Below are positions 62,996 through 64,000 of a DNA stretch of 64,000 nucleotides, one piece after another. Each line of letters opens with the position of its first letter. The stretch's first letter is position 1. The DNA lies in the NCBI GenBank assembly GCA_002269645.1, contig NIVC01002873.1, positions 7,448 to 71,447 on the forward strand, written 5' to 3'. Source of the stretch: Macrostomum lignano (lineage: Eukaryota). Below the pieces are notes generated by a model, which was not told the origin of the DNA, did no database searches, and saw nothing but the letters and a program-made list of their open reading frames with translations. Position numbers and translations under genes: made by a program.

Positions 62996-64000
62996 TCTTA
63001 GAAATGAGCTGGAGTTTGGTAGGAATGCTCTACCTGTCGTATCGCTATGTGTATTCAGTATGCTCTCAAAAAGTCGGATTTTTCCCGGCCGAATCTGTCT
63101 ATGGTAAAACCCTATTCAGTACTTATGCGTTCTCTATAGCATTTTCTAGATTCCACAGAACTTCTGTGGATAATTCTGATCTTCACTGCATCCACGGAAA
63201 TCGATGTTTAAGCATGATTCCTATGAGAGAGGTTGCTGCTGGCTGCTATCTATGGCCGAATTATAAACTTGATAAGCATCTGCCTTGACATTATAAACCA
63301 AGGACTACTAAAGCTTTCTAGTAGTCCTTATTATAAACTTGCTTTCCTTTTCTCCATTTGTCTCTAATGTCTATGGGCAAATCTACTGCTGCCAAATGGT
63401 AATTTATAAAACCACATGTATTGCCATAGACAAAAACTGAGTGAGGCAAAAAGGCCGTAGATCGAAGGAAAGAAAAGAGGCTTCAGGCTCTCAGCCCTTC
63501 TATTCAGCTGTATGTCTATGGTCCAACTTTTAATTCACGTTCAAGTCTCGTAAAAAAGAGCTACGAGCAGCGAACTAGACTACTGGACAACAAGTTGACA
63601 AATTGACTCATGATGCTAACTTAAAGTGCCCTGGGGCATGGGGTTGTGTTCACACTGATCTCGAACCACGCACAGGCAGGCAACCAAAACCAGTTTCAGG
63701 TTTGTTTGGCTTCGCCGTCCTCTCCCACCACTCTCAGTGTGCACAAACGCTTTTATGGCGACAATTTTTCGGGCCAAGTGAGAGATTCTGCTATTCAAAT
63801 CTTTATTCGTCTACTTTTCTCAGTAGTCTAAATGGAATCTCTCACAGTGGTCATTCCACTTTATCGGCCGGTAAAAGCAATATGGCGTCGCATAAAACCA
63901 AATGGCGACCCCCTTGAAGATTCCCCCTCATGTTGCCAAATGTTGCTGACTCTTGAACATACTGCATAGTGGAATACTGTACGCAGGCATGCACTCATGC

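Overview
Eukaryotic (metazoan) genomic DNA, not prokaryotic. It has spliceosomal GT-AG gene structures, GC3-rich exons, a tRNA/CORE-type SINE, several MITE families and many minisatellites. The style resembles a flatworm such as Macrostomum, but this is inference only. Manual splicing gives four well-supported genes: a 5-exon calmodulin-like EF-hand gene (-, 3186-5924), a 2-exon MFSD8-like MFS transporter (-, 9971-13352), a 3-exon SERBP1/vig-like RGG protein (+, 17553-22154, one apparent 1-nt frameshift) and a 9-exon tau/MAP2-family gene (-, 27092-34912) with four consecutive 90-nt phase-0 repeat exons. Two weaker models are a single-pass membrane protein with an LDL-receptor class A module (+, 47074-52080) and an unassigned multi-exon gene (-, 53769-62124). 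Most long ORFs in the supplied track are artefacts of stop-free tandem repeats. The most unusual pattern is that most long introns in the right-hand 37 kb are filled by their own tandem array, several built from splice-signal-like motifs (AG|GT, pyrimidine tract+CAG, CTGAC). One pair of inverted arrays brackets two exons. No CRISPR array, rRNA or intact tRNA was seen.
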